From: Candidatus Falkowbacteria bacterium
Lineage (GTDB): Bacteria; Patescibacteriota; Patescibacteriia; UBA11705
DNA: 64,000 bases
Direction: 5' to 3'
Assembly (NCBI GenBank): GCA_003518055.1
Contig: DOZJ01000001.1
Span: forward strand, 68,253-132,252
Part shown: positions 9,744 through 19,251 of the stretch, piece by piece
How positions within the stretch are numbered: position 1 is the stretch's first letter
Layout: the number at the start of each line of letters is the position of its first letter
The notes under the pieces: model-generated
Databases searched by the model: none
What the model saw: the letters and a program-made list of their open reading frames with translations, nothing else
What the model was told of the DNA's origin: nothing
Program-made: the position numbers and the translations under genes

Positions 9744-10145
9744 ATGAAAAAAATATTGGCAACAATATTGATGCTCGGAGCGCTGGCCCTGCCATATTTC
9801 AGCGTTACGGCCAGCGGATTTGAAGCGGCAAAAAACAGTTTGCAGTCAGCCGGAAATGAAGCTTATGGCGACACAGCGGAATCAAGTCTTCCAACCGTGG
9901 TCGGAACGGTGGTAAATTCATTTTTAGCAGTTATGGGGATTGTTTTGACTATCATTATCATCCGCGGCGGATTTATGTATATGACGGCCGGCGGAGAGTC
10001 CGGGCAAACGGAAAAAGCTAAAAAATGGATTATAAATGGGATTGTCGGGTTGATTATCGTCTTGCTAGCATATGCTTTGTCGACATTTGTCATTGATCGG
10101 CTGATTGAAGCGACGACCAATTCGGTGCCAAAGGCTGCAAAATAA
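9744..10145 (+). CDS. VirB2/TrbC-like pilin 6
   Basis: GGFMYMTAGG...KAKKWIINGIVGLII..LAYA. Confidence 0.9.
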   Translation: MKKILATILMLGALALPYFSVTASGFEAAKNSLQSAGNEAYGDTAESSLPTVVGTVVNSFLAVMGIVLTIIIIRGGFMYMTAGGESGQTEKAKKWIINGIVGLIIVLLAYALSTFVIDRLIEATTNSVPKAAK

Positions 10146-10179
10146 CGATGATAAGCGGAGATTAATTTGGGATAAATAT

Positions 10180-10572
10180 ATGAAAAAAATAAGTATATTA
10201 TTAGTTGCTCTGGCGATATTAGGGGTTTTTAACTTTGCCGTGCAACCAATTGGCGCGCAAGGACTGGATAATATCAGAGCGGATTTGGGTGAATTCGGGA
10301 CCACAAGTTATGGAACGGATACTCCGGAGCCGCTGCCTGAGACAATTGGACGGATTATCGGGATTGTTTTGGGGCTGCTTGGGGTAGTGTTGGTTTTGCT
10401 GATTATTTACGGCGGGTTTTTGTACATGACCAGCGGCGGCAAGGAAGATGGGGCCAAGAAGGGAAAAGCATTTATCATAAATGGGATAATCGGGGTGTTG
10501 ATTTGTTTGATGGCGTGGGCTATAAGCTCATATGTGGTTAGCCGGCTGGTGGAGACGGTGATTGAGCAGTAA
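10180..10572 (+). CDS. VirB2/TrbC-like pilin 7
   Basis: YGGFLYMTSGG...KGK..IINGIIG; start moved to MKKIS signal peptide. Confidence 0.9.
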   Translation: MKKISILLVALAILGVFNFAVQPIGAQGLDNIRADLGEFGTTSYGTDTPEPLPETIGRIIGIVLGLLGVVLVLLIIYGGFLYMTSGGKEDGAKKGKAFIINGIIGVLICLMAWAISSYVVSRLVETVIEQ

Positions 10573-10825
10573 CTACGTAAGTAAAGAGCAAAGAGTAAAG
10601 AGGGGGGGCTGTAACTACCCGCCTACGCTCTTACTGTGTAGAGCTACGGCGCCTGCCTGCCGGTAGGCAGGGGCGCAGCGGAATCTTGGCGGGTGGTTTT
10701 TACAAAAGTATGGCTGAATAATGAAAGCGTAGCGATGGGTGGAGTTTTACAAAAGTATGGCGGGGTAACTGGAACTACGAAAGTGTGGCAGTGGGTAGTT
10801 TTTACAAAAGTTTGGCGGGTAACAT
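10573..10825 (+). repeat. mosaic intergenic repeat with nested palindrome
   Basis: matches 3455-3520 but with cctgcctgccggtaggcagg inserted at 10652-10671; ttttacaaaagt(a/t)tggc x3. Confidence 0.85.
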
Positions 10826-10858
10826 AAGTTTAAATATAAATAATTAAATAAATAAGGT

Positions 10859-11254
10859 ATGAAGACAAAAGCGCTTGCGATCGGACTGAGTTTATTCTTG
10901 TGTCTCTTCATGGTGGCGCCGGTGGCGTTCGCCCAGCTTGATATCACCGGCAATTTGGCCAATACGGGTGAGGGAATCTATGGCCCGGGAGGTGCGCCAG
11001 CCAATGATTTGCCGGTAATTATCGGTAATATCATCAACGTGGTGTTGGGATTTCTCGGAGTAGTGTTGGTTCTGATTGTGATTTATGGTGGTTTCAAGTA
11101 TATGACGAGTGGTGGGGAGGATAAAGGAGCGAAAGAAGGAAAACAATGGATTATTAACGGCATTATCGGTTTGGTGATTGTCTTGTCAGCCTACGCCATC
11201 ACAACATTCGTGGTTTCACGTCTGGCCACAGCAACAGGCACTACAGTTCAATAA
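10859..11254 (+). CDS. VirB2/TrbC-like pilin 8
   Basis: YGGFKYMTSGG...EGKQWIINGIIGLVIVLSAYAI. Confidence 0.9.
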   Translation: MKTKALAIGLSLFLCLFMVAPVAFAQLDITGNLANTGEGIYGPGGAPANDLPVIIGNIINVVLGFLGVVLVLIVIYGGFKYMTSGGEDKGAKEGKQWIINGIIGLVIVLSAYAITTFVVSRLATATGTTVQ

Positions 11255-11265
11255 ATAGACAGATG

Positions 11266-11295
11266 AAAATTCCTCGGGTGACCGGGGAGTTTTTT
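11266..11295 (+). terminator. intrinsic terminator after the pilin array
   Basis: aaaattcctcgg-gtga-ccggggagtttttt. Confidence 0.75.
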
Positions 11296-11303
11296 ATATT
11301 ACG

Positions 11304-11529
11304 AAAATAAGGCAACTGGGTGATAATGTTACGAAAATACGAATTGTCGAATGTACGAATGATTGGCGGGGTAACTGTAACTGCGAAAGTTTGGCGGGTT
11401 GGTAGGTTTTTACAAAAATAAGATAACTAGGTGATAATGTTACGAAAATACGAATTGTCGAATGTACGAATGATTGGCGGGGTAACTATAACTACGGAAG
11501 TTTGGCGGGTTGGGTTAGTTTTTACAAAA
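11304..11529 (+). repeat. tandem duplication, ~111-bp unit x2
   Basis: ggtgataatgttacgaaaatacgaattgtcgaatgtacgaatgattggcggggtaact occurs twice 111 bp apart. Confidence 0.9.
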
Positions 11530-11585
11530 GTTTGGCGGGGCGGGGGAGAATGGCGAAAGGCGGGGATATAAAGTATAATGAGGAT

Positions 11586-13163
11586 ATGAAAAATTGGAAT
11601 AAACAAGATAGATTTGTGATCGGGGCGATTGGGATTTATATCGCGGTTATGGTTTTGATTGTTTATACCAAATATATAAATTTCAATTATAATGCTTTGG
11701 ATTTGGCGATCTATACTGACGCCATGAGCCATTCTTTGGATGGAAAATTGATGTTTTCAAGCATTCAGGGGCATAATTATTTCGGAGATCACTTTGAGCC
11801 AATAATATTATTGCTGCTGCCGGTGTTTGCCGCATTCAAAAGTGGGTTGGCGCTGCTTGTGATCCAAACGATGGCGATCGGCGCGAGCGCGTGGCCGTTG
11901 TATTTGATCGCGAAGGAAATATTGTCGTCCGGGAATAAAAATTTGTACAACGATAAAAGTGAAAAATGGGGGAAGTTGATAGTATTGTTATATTTACTTA
12001 ATCCGTCAATTTGGATGATGAATTTATTTGAGTTTCACGCGTTGACTTTGGCACTGCCGATAATATTTGGGTGGTATTGGGTGGAGGTGAGAGCAAAGAG
12101 GGAAGAGGAACGAGGGAGCAGAAAGATTTATTTTATTTGGTTTGTGGGCCTGTTGATATTGGCGTTGATGGTGAGAGAGGATGTAGCATTGCTGTTGATT
12201 CCGTTCGGAGTAATGTTTTGGCGGCAGAAACAAAAGAAATATGCATTGATAACAATCGTTTTAAGTTTAATTTGGCTGGTTGGTTCATTGGTTGCGATCA
12301 GCCTGTTTGATCAGCAGCCGGCTAAATTTGTTGGGTATTTCAGTCTGGAAAAATTGGTTAATTTGGGACAGGTTGAATTGCTGCTTGGGCTGCTGCTGCC
12401 GCTGGCGTTTTTGCCGCTGATAAAGTGGCGATATTTACTCCTCGGAGGTTTGGTTTACCTTGAATACGCTATGCTTGGCGGTTTGGGGTCAATTGTGATT
12501 CGGGGGCATTACGCGACGTTGTTTTTGATCCCAATTTTTGTTGCTTTGATTTATGGTTTAAAAGATTTTGTGGAGAAAAAAAATAAAGTGTTGAATTGGC
12601 TCGGCTGGGGGGTGCCGATTATTTTGGTGTTGGCGACGGTGTACAGCCTATATTATTTAGGGCCGATTCAGGTCTTGAATAAAATAAATCGACCAAGCGA
12701 AGAAAGGCAGGAAATCCAAACATTTTTGGAAAAAGTCGGGTGGAATAAAACGGTTTTGGCGTCTTATATCTTTATGCCATATTTGGCTGGTGGGAATAAT
12801 GTTTATTCCCTGCATTATTTTATGCTGAATCGACAGCAATATTCAAACAAAAGATATATAACGCCTATTGAGTGGGGTTATGTTTTGCTGACTGAAGCTG
12901 ATTTGCGCGAATTAGCGCTGCAGTATCAGGATCACAGCTTTTATGGACAATTTTATAACCAAGGATTCGAGCGTTTAAACTATTTGTTGCTTGATTATAA
13001 TGTGGTTGAATCGGGAGAAGGGATGTATTTGCTAACAAAAGGTGATGGAAAAAAAATAACGGTGCAAAACGCACCATTTGAAGGTTATATTGAACTTAAC
13101 AGAGTGGGAATGACGGAATCGGTGATTTATGGCGAGGCGGGAATTATTATTGTGCAGGAGTAA
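11586..13163 (+). CDS. DUF2079-like polytopic membrane protein (probable GT-C glycosyltransferase)
   Basis: DLAIY, FGDHFEP, FEFH, REDV motifs; many TMs; TATAAT just upstream of ATG 11586. Confidence 0.75.
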   Translation: MKNWNKQDRFVIGAIGIYIAVMVLIVYTKYINFNYNALDLAIYTDAMSHSLDGKLMFSSIQGHNYFGDHFEPIILLLLPVFAAFKSGLALLVIQTMAIGASAWPLYLIAKEILSSGNKNLYNDKSEKWGKLIVLLYLLNPSIWMMNLFEFHALTLALPIIFGWYWVEVRAKREEERGSRKIYFIWFVGLLILALMVREDVALLLIPFGVMFWRQKQKKYALITIVLSLIWLVGSLVAISLFDQQPAKFVGYFSLEKLVNLGQVELLLGLLLPLAFLPLIKWRYLLLGGLVYLEYAMLGGLGSIVIRGHYATLFLIPIFVALIYGLKDFVEKKNKVLNWLGWGVPIILVLATVYSLYYLGPIQVLNKINRPSEERQEIQTFLEKVGWNKTVLASYIFMPYLAGGNNVYSLHYFMLNRQQYSNKRYITPIEWGYVLLTEADLRELALQYQDHSFYGQFYNQGFERLNYLLLDYNVVESGEGMYLLTKGDGKKITVQNAPFEGYIELNRVGMTESVIYGEAGIIIVQE

Positions 13164-14775
13164 ATTCGTAAATAACCACTGTAGAGTTTTGAATTATCGG
13201 GTGAAGGAATTGATATTGATCGGGATTAAAATTGGGATAGATCTTTTTTTCAAATTGATCCCACCAGATATAATCAACGGATAAAAATTTTAATTCAGAT
13301 TGCAGCCGGTCAGAGGGTAGTTGGCCGGAAAAGATTTCAGCTTGAAGTCTTTTTTTGTTGGCGCTGTCGATTGATTCATGGTCGTGGCCCCAAAAAACAT
13401 TTTTATCGCTGTGGCCGACAATAAAGTTTGAGTTGACATCGCTGGCCATAATGTTTTTCCCATGTAGGTTGTTCAGCTGAGATAGTGCTTGGTCCTTGGC
13501 GCTGGAATAATAAAACAACGGATGATTATTCAAATAAAGTTTTATGTCGCGGGAAAGATTGAAGAAGGAGGTTGGGGCTAAAACAGTGATAAAAAACATG
13601 ACGATGGCCATGGGGTGTCGATTGATAATGGATTTGAGATCAACATGATATCGGGCGCAAATGCTTTGAAACCAAGTGATCGACAGAATGACGGCGGGGA
13701 TTGATATGCTGTGAAGTGAGCGGCGGCCAAACTGCCAATCAGGAACAAATGATAATAACAGACCCACCGTGAACCAGATAAACAGAAAAACGTGGGATGG
13801 AGAGGTGTTTGATTTGAATTCGGAATAGGAACCGAGCCAGAAGCCAAAAAATGGCAGGCCTAGGCCGATAACGGTAAAAATCAGAGGTGAGTTCATGGTG
13901 AAGTTTTGAGCGGCGCGGGCGGCGATTATCGGGTCGGAGAGGGTGTATAGATGATAAATGACGGCTGGAACAGAGAGGAAAAATAAAAGGGCGAAATGAG
14001 AAAGGAGCGCTAAAAAGGTGGCGCGTTTTTCCAGCAATAAATAAAATGAATACGCAAGAGCGGCGCAATAAATCAACGGGAAGTGATAGGGATGGAAATT
14101 AAATAAAATCAAAGCAAGCAAACCGGCGGTCAGGCTGGAGCGAAAGCGATTTTGAGCGGTCGCACGCAAGAAGAAATAAAAAATCGCAACAATCAAGATG
14201 GTGGCGGCGATGAAATGAGGTGTATGAAAGAGAGTGTTAAAAACCGTAATTTCAGGCATCCAGAGATCAAGCGGTCGGTAATAGATATTGTTGCGGTCAT
14301 CATGTAAAAAGTTTAGGTATATCCCAAGTCCGCTGCTAAAAGTAATAGCAATGGCGGTGAGGCGAGACCAAAAATTATCTTTGATAATGGTTAATGACAG
14401 CCGATACAAACAATAAACAAGAATTGGAATTAGAACAATACGTGATAAATGAAAAGCAACCAGAGCGGATAGGTGAAAGAGGCGAGCGAATAAGCCAATC
14501 ATTAACCAAAACAAATTGAACAGGCCGAATGGCTGCGGCGTGAAGTTGAATTGATTGGTTAAGAAGAAAGAGCTGTTTTTGATTCGGTTGATATAGGCGA
14601 AATAAACGTTGGTATCAGCCGGGGTCAGGCTATGAAGGCCGGATACAACTTGATCGGTTCGGGCGGCAAAAAAATAACCAATGATTATTGGAATGGTGGT
14701 GATAACAATCGCCACGAGAGATAAGATAAAGACAAATTGGCGATCGGATGAATTTAGTCTATTGGTTAATGACAT
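13147..14775 (-). CDS. polytopic membrane protein, GT-C-like
   Basis: D..VYFAYI loop after TM1, PHF and HPY motifs, soluble C-terminal domain ending in VIYE. Confidence 0.6.
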   Translation of the reverse strand: MSLTNRLNSSDRQFVFILSLVAIVITTIPIIIGYFFAARTDQVVSGLHSLTPADTNVYFAYINRIKNSSFFLTNQFNFTPQPFGLFNLFWLMIGLFARLFHLSALVAFHLSRIVLIPILVYCLYRLSLTIIKDNFWSRLTAIAITFSSGLGIYLNFLHDDRNNIYYRPLDLWMPEITVFNTLFHTPHFIAATILIVAIFYFFLRATAQNRFRSSLTAGLLALILFNFHPYHFPLIYCAALAYSFYLLLEKRATFLALLSHFALLFFLSVPAVIYHLYTLSDPIIAARAAQNFTMNSPLIFTVIGLGLPFFGFWLGSYSEFKSNTSPSHVFLFIWFTVGLLLSFVPDWQFGRRSLHSISIPAVILSITWFQSICARYHVDLKSIINRHPMAIVMFFITVLAPTSFFNLSRDIKLYLNNHPLFYYSSAKDQALSQLNNLHGKNIMASDVNSNFIVGHSDKNVFWGHDHESIDSANKKRLQAEIFSGQLPSDRLQSELKFLSVDYIWWDQFEKKIYPNFNPDQYQFLHPIIQNSTVVIYEFTPAQ

Positions 14776-16279
14776 AAATGAGGCTGTGGTCATCTTCAAA
14801 AATAAGCGAGACTCGGGGGTCGGAGTTTAATTGAGCGATAAATCGGTCGTAACCCTTGTTGGCGACAATGTATTTTGCGTTGAAGTCGGTGGGAATTGTC
14901 CGGATTGGGTCAGTGTCGTAGCCGGCAGCCAAAGTCTGCCATAAAAGATGTTTGGCGGGGTTGAAAAGATAGGAAAAGGTTGGATCAAGACCGCTGATAA
15001 AGGTATGGTTGTCGGTGTAATAAAACAGCGGCGACCATTCATCCCAGGCGGTGTGGAAAATCGGGGATTGGCGGGGGAGTTCACGGTTAATAAATATTGA
15101 AGCGGATTGATAAAAATTGTAGGGAAAATCATTCAAATTGATCCATAGAGAGGCGGTGGTGAATATGATGTTAACCAGAACGAGCGAGCTGATAACGATA
15201 CCGGCAAAAATATAGGGAAGCCGCGAGAAATAGGTTTTAATTTGAGTCCAAAATTCAAGCAGCAGAGGTAAGTTTTGGCTGAATGATTGGCCGATGAATA
15301 GAACCACAAATGGCGCTAGATATTCCACATAACGACGGGATTTGATGGTAAAAATGGTAAAAATTAAAGTAAGTAAAAAGAAAAAAACAGTCGGGTGGGT
15401 GGTTTTTTTCCAGTTGAGGACATTTAGAATAAAGGCAATGAGGAAAAAAATAATAATAAAACGGAGCGAGGCGATAAAATCGGAAAGTGAAGTGCGATAC
15501 CACTCGGTGCCGACGTTAATTTGGTTTTGGAGATTGATAAAACCGATGTCAAAAATTTGCTGTTTGAAAAAAAACAGGTTTTGAGGAAAATATGGATGAA
15601 GCAGAAGGCCGAGACCGAGGCCGAGGATGAGCGAAAACAGCAGAGATAAAAGAGTCTTTGTCGGTCGTTGTTTTGACCACAAATGAACAAAGCTGAAGAT
15701 GAAGAAAATGGGTAAGATTAAAATCCAGCCGCCGTAGGAAAGAACGTATAGGCAGGCAAGCAAGAAAGCAAGAAAGCAAGTAAGCAAGAAATACCTTGGT
15801 TTTAGAGCATAGAAAAAGAGTGAAATAAAAAGAATAAGGAAAATCAAAGATAAAGAGTTGGCTTTGATTAAAGAAAGCCGAAAAATAAATGGCGGGCAGA
15901 GGAAAAGCAGCGTGATCAACAGCCAGCGAAGCGGGATTTTTTGTTTGATCAGAAACCAATAAAAAATTAGAAAAAAGGCAGTAGTCAAAATAATGTTTCC
16001 GACCTTGACGGTCATGAGCGGATTGAAAATGTCAGATAGAGGCAGGTGCAGTAAATGAAAAATGAAATGATGATCGGTGTAAATATCTTTTAAGGTGGAA
16101 AACTGCATGGATGAAAAGTCGGAGACAATTAAATTTTGCTGCATCAGCTTGATTATTTTGGCGTGATAAAAAGCATCCGGATCACCAAGGTTGGTGGAAA
16201 ATTGAAGAAACGAAAAAAACAACAAACAGATTGTGGCGAGACCAAGATATTTGGCTGTGCTGGTAAGTTGGAATGGCAT
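14759..16279 (-). CDS. polytopic membrane protein, GT-C/STT3-like
   Basis: DPDAFYHAK after TM1, GTEW, RRYVEY, WDEWSPLFY, GLDP. Confidence 0.65.
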   Translation of the reverse strand: MPFQLTSTAKYLGLATICLLFFSFLQFSTNLGDPDAFYHAKIIKLMQQNLIVSDFSSMQFSTLKDIYTDHHFIFHLLHLPLSDIFNPLMTVKVGNIILTTAFFLIFYWFLIKQKIPLRWLLITLLFLCPPFIFRLSLIKANSLSLIFLILFISLFFYALKPRYFLLTCFLAFLLACLYVLSYGGWILILPIFFIFSFVHLWSKQRPTKTLLSLLFSLILGLGLGLLLHPYFPQNLFFFKQQIFDIGFINLQNQINVGTEWYRTSLSDFIASLRFIIIFFLIAFILNVLNWKKTTHPTVFFFLLTLIFTIFTIKSRRYVEYLAPFVVLFIGQSFSQNLPLLLEFWTQIKTYFSRLPYIFAGIVISSLVLVNIIFTTASLWINLNDFPYNFYQSASIFINRELPRQSPIFHTAWDEWSPLFYYTDNHTFISGLDPTFSYLFNPAKHLLWQTLAAGYDTDPIRTIPTDFNAKYIVANKGYDRFIAQLNSDPRVSLIFEDDHSLIYVINQ

Positions 16280-16963
16280 ACGATTTAATTATAACAGAGG
16301 CGGAGAGTAAAAATGAAATGAGGCAGCGAATTTTGAAACAGGGTGGAGGCTGCTTCCCGCCAATGGCGGGCAGGCGTTGTTACTATGTTGAGGTGAAAAA
16401 AACTCCTCGCCAAGCATGGTCGCGAAGAGTTTTTGCAAAACGGTGAAAAATTCACCAAATTTTGTTTTAACGAAAATAAAAGACCGCAAAACTATGCAGT
16501 CGGCAGGCGATAAAGTCCGGAAGCTGGACGATCAGCTCGGTTAGCGACAAAGACACATTGTGGCTGTCTGAATGTTGGCGCGGACATATTGGTAATTATT
16601 TTCGGACTTAACTACACATTATCAAATGAATGATTGTTTGGCAATCGGGTTTATGCACATTTGAATATTTGAAGGCGGTTGGCGGAGATGATCTGTTGGG
16701 ACGTCAATTGAAACTAGTAAATTGATACAACCGAGCAGTAAACGGTAAGGTAAAAATGAAGATGCAGATTGGAAGAAGGCAAAATAATGAAAAACGTTGA
16801 TGGCGATTATATGGATTTGGGTTTACCTCTTTTGTTGGGAAATTCGATTTGCCGCTGAATGTTGATCCGGAGATGTTGCCGGCTGAAGACAGTCAAAAGT
16901 GAAGCAGTTATAACAATGACTGTTTTTGATTTTTGATAAAAAAACACGCAGTTTGCGTGTAGG

Positions 16964-17737
16964 TTAAAAAGTCAATTCGGTTTTGAGGATCGGGGCGGGA
17001 ATGGGCGAAAGTTCGACCCGAACCTTTTCAAGTTTAATTTGGGGCGTCTCCAGTCGAGGTCTGGCGGCCTTGAAGCAATCTTTGAAGTATTTTTCGGCAG
17101 AAGCCAGATTAGGAAAATTCACTTGAAGTAGAATTTGACCGACAAGAGGTTCAGTCAAATGGGTCATGAGAGTTTTTTTGTACTCATCCATATCGTAATT
17201 GAAGCGGCCGGAAATAAAAATAGCTTCAAGTTCTGTTTCTCCCCCGGTCAGACAGAATTGCAGGTTTAGTTCTGCTTGATAATTGCGATATGACGCTGAG
17301 CCGATGGTGATGGGGAATGTCCAGTTATGGCAACATGTTGGGTGAATAAAAGTAACGCCATTGGCGGTGACGAGTGGCCAATTTTTTAAATGTGGGGTCG
17401 GAATTACAGTGTCAATTCGATGGTGTTTTCGCGTAAAACGAACATAATCGAATAAATGCGGGAAGCGATAAAGCCTGATTTCGGTTAAGTCGAAGTATCG
17501 TTCGGCCAGGTTTTTTTGACCGCGAGAAGCGAGGTAGGCGGAAATGACGCAACCGGTGACGGTAAGACCGGCAATGATCATCGCCGAGGCGTCCGACACC
17601 GTCATCGCCACAAGAAAAAGCAAGACGAAGATGACGATGATAATACTTGAAATAATTTTGGCTAAATTTAATCGTTGATAAAATTTGAGGCCGCGGTCAT
17701 ATCCATCGACAAAATTTTGAGCTGTTGTGACATCCAT
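16964..17737 (-). CDS. hypothetical protein with two N-terminal TMs
   Basis: 257-aa ORF, aaggag SD, hairpin with T run after the stop. Confidence 0.7.
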   Translation of the reverse strand: MDVTTAQNFVDGYDRGLKFYQRLNLAKIISSIIIVIFVLLFLVAMTVSDASAMIIAGLTVTGCVISAYLASRGQKNLAERYFDLTEIRLYRFPHLFDYVRFTRKHHRIDTVIPTPHLKNWPLVTANGVTFIHPTCCHNWTFPITIGSASYRNYQAELNLQFCLTGGETELEAIFISGRFNYDMDEYKKTLMTHLTEPLVGQILLQVNFPNLASAEKYFKDCFKAARPRLETPQIKLEKVRVELSPIPAPILKTELTF

Positions 17738-17949
17738 TGACTGTCTCCTTCATCGGTGGGGCTGGTTTAAAAAGGGCAATGTTAACAAATAGAGCTTATA
17801 TCAAATTATTGATGGAGGCAAGTATGAGCCTTGATTTTTGGACTGTGAATTGGTATGATGAATTTGCGGAAATCGGTATATATTCCGAAGTGTTTTATTA
17901 TAAGATTTTGTGGTAAGAGGAGGGATTTTAGAATTATAATTATAATTTT

Positions 17950-18669
17950 ATGTCCGGACATTCAAAGTGGGCGAATATTCAAACCAGAAAGGGTGCTCAA
18001 GATAAAAAAAGAGCCAATTTGTTTTCAAAATTAACGAAAAACATTATCATTGCTGCTCGAGGTGGAGCTGATTTGGAGACAAATTTCAAATTACGGCTGG
18101 CGGTTGACAAAGCCAAGGAGTCAAACGTGCCAAAAGATAATATTGAACGAGCGATTGCCAAGGGCTCGGGAGCGGCCGGCGGAGACCAAATTGAAGAGGT
18201 GATATATGAAGGATATGGACCGTCAGGGGCAGCAATTTTAATCACAGCCGCGACTGATAATCGGAATCGGACATCATCGGAAATTAAGCACATTCTAACT
18301 AAATTCGGTGGGTCGCTCGGCGGACCTAATTCAGTCCAATGGATGTTTGAGCACAAAGGGGTGATTAGAATCAATCAAAGTCAGGTTAAGGATAAGGATG
18401 AATTTCAATTGGAGTTGATAGATATGGGGGCGGATGATGTGAGGGAAGAAGACGGCGGGTTAACGGTAACGATGGAAGCGGGACAATTTGGTAAACTGAA
18501 AAAAGCGCTTGAGGACAAGGGAGTTGAAACCGAATACGCTGAGGTTGAGTGGGTGGCCAAAGATGAAGTAGAAACGACCGAGGATACCAAGAAAAAAATT
18601 GAGTCACTGTTTGACGCGTTGGAGGACAATGACGATGTGAGCAATTATTATAGCAACTCGGGGTTGTAG
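17950..18669 (+). CDS. yebC: YebC/PmpR family protein
   Basis: MSGHSKWANI, YEGYGPSG, TDNRNRT. Confidence 0.97.
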   Translation: MSGHSKWANIQTRKGAQDKKRANLFSKLTKNIIIAARGGADLETNFKLRLAVDKAKESNVPKDNIERAIAKGSGAAGGDQIEEVIYEGYGPSGAAILITAATDNRNRTSSEIKHILTKFGGSLGGPNSVQWMFEHKGVIRINQSQVKDKDEFQLELIDMGADDVREEDGGLTVTMEAGQFGKLKKALEDKGVETEYAEVEWVAKDEVETTEDTKKKIESLFDALEDNDDVSNYYSNSGL

Positions 18670-18747
18670 GGGGGGGAGAATGGAGAGATTAAGAGAATTG
18701 AGAGATTAGAGAGAATTAAGAGATTAAGTAGAAATTGGGGAAACACT

Positions 18748-19251
18748 ATGACGGTCAAGGCGAGAATTATAATGGGCATAGATCCGGGATTTGCCCGCAC
18801 CGGTTTTGGGGTGATTAAAGTGTCGAGCAATAAAATGGAGGCGGTGGATTATGGCGTGATTGAAACCATGGCGGGTGAAAATTTCGTGGATCGGCTTGAA
18901 TATTTATATCGCGAGTTAACTAAAATTATAAAAAAACATAAACCAGAAATGGTTGGAGTGGAAGAATTATTTTTTAATACAAATGTCAGTACAGCCTTGA
19001 AAGTCGGCCAAGCGAGGGGCGTGGCGCTTTTAACCATCAGACAAGCGAAATTGCCGGTGTTTGAGTATACACCATCGCAAGTGAAACAAGCGATTTCGTG
19101 TTACGGCAAAGCGGACAAGAAACAAGTGCAACAGATGATCAAATTATTACTTCAGCTGCGGGAAATTCCCAAACCGGATGACGCGGCTGATGCTCTGGCC
19201 GTAGCTATATGCACGGTAAACTCTTATAAATTAAGTCAGCATTATGCTTAG
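18748..19251 (+). CDS. ruvC: Holliday junction resolvase
   Basis: GIDPG, VEELFF, QARGV, YTP..VK, PDDAADALAVA. Confidence 0.97.
   Translation: MTVKARIIMGIDPGFARTGFGVIKVSSNKMEAVDYGVIETMAGENFVDRLEYLYRELTKIIKKHKPEMVGVEELFFNTNVSTALKVGQARGVALLTIRQAKLPVFEYTPSQVKQAISCYGKADKKQVQQMIKLLLQLREIPKPDDAADALAVAICTVNSYKLSQHYA

Noticed and set aside
7603-10120. Antisense ORFs over the pilins and other shadow ORFs in the track
   Set aside because: They lie opposite well-supported genes and reflect codon bias
11304-11529. 111-bp duplication as DGR template/variable repeat
   Set aside because: Both copies are non-coding, mismatches are not confined to adenines, and no reverse transcriptase is present
16290-16930. 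Coding potential in the 650-bp gap
   Set aside because: The frames inspected are broken by several stops and show no recognisable motif; possibly a decayed gene, but unsupported
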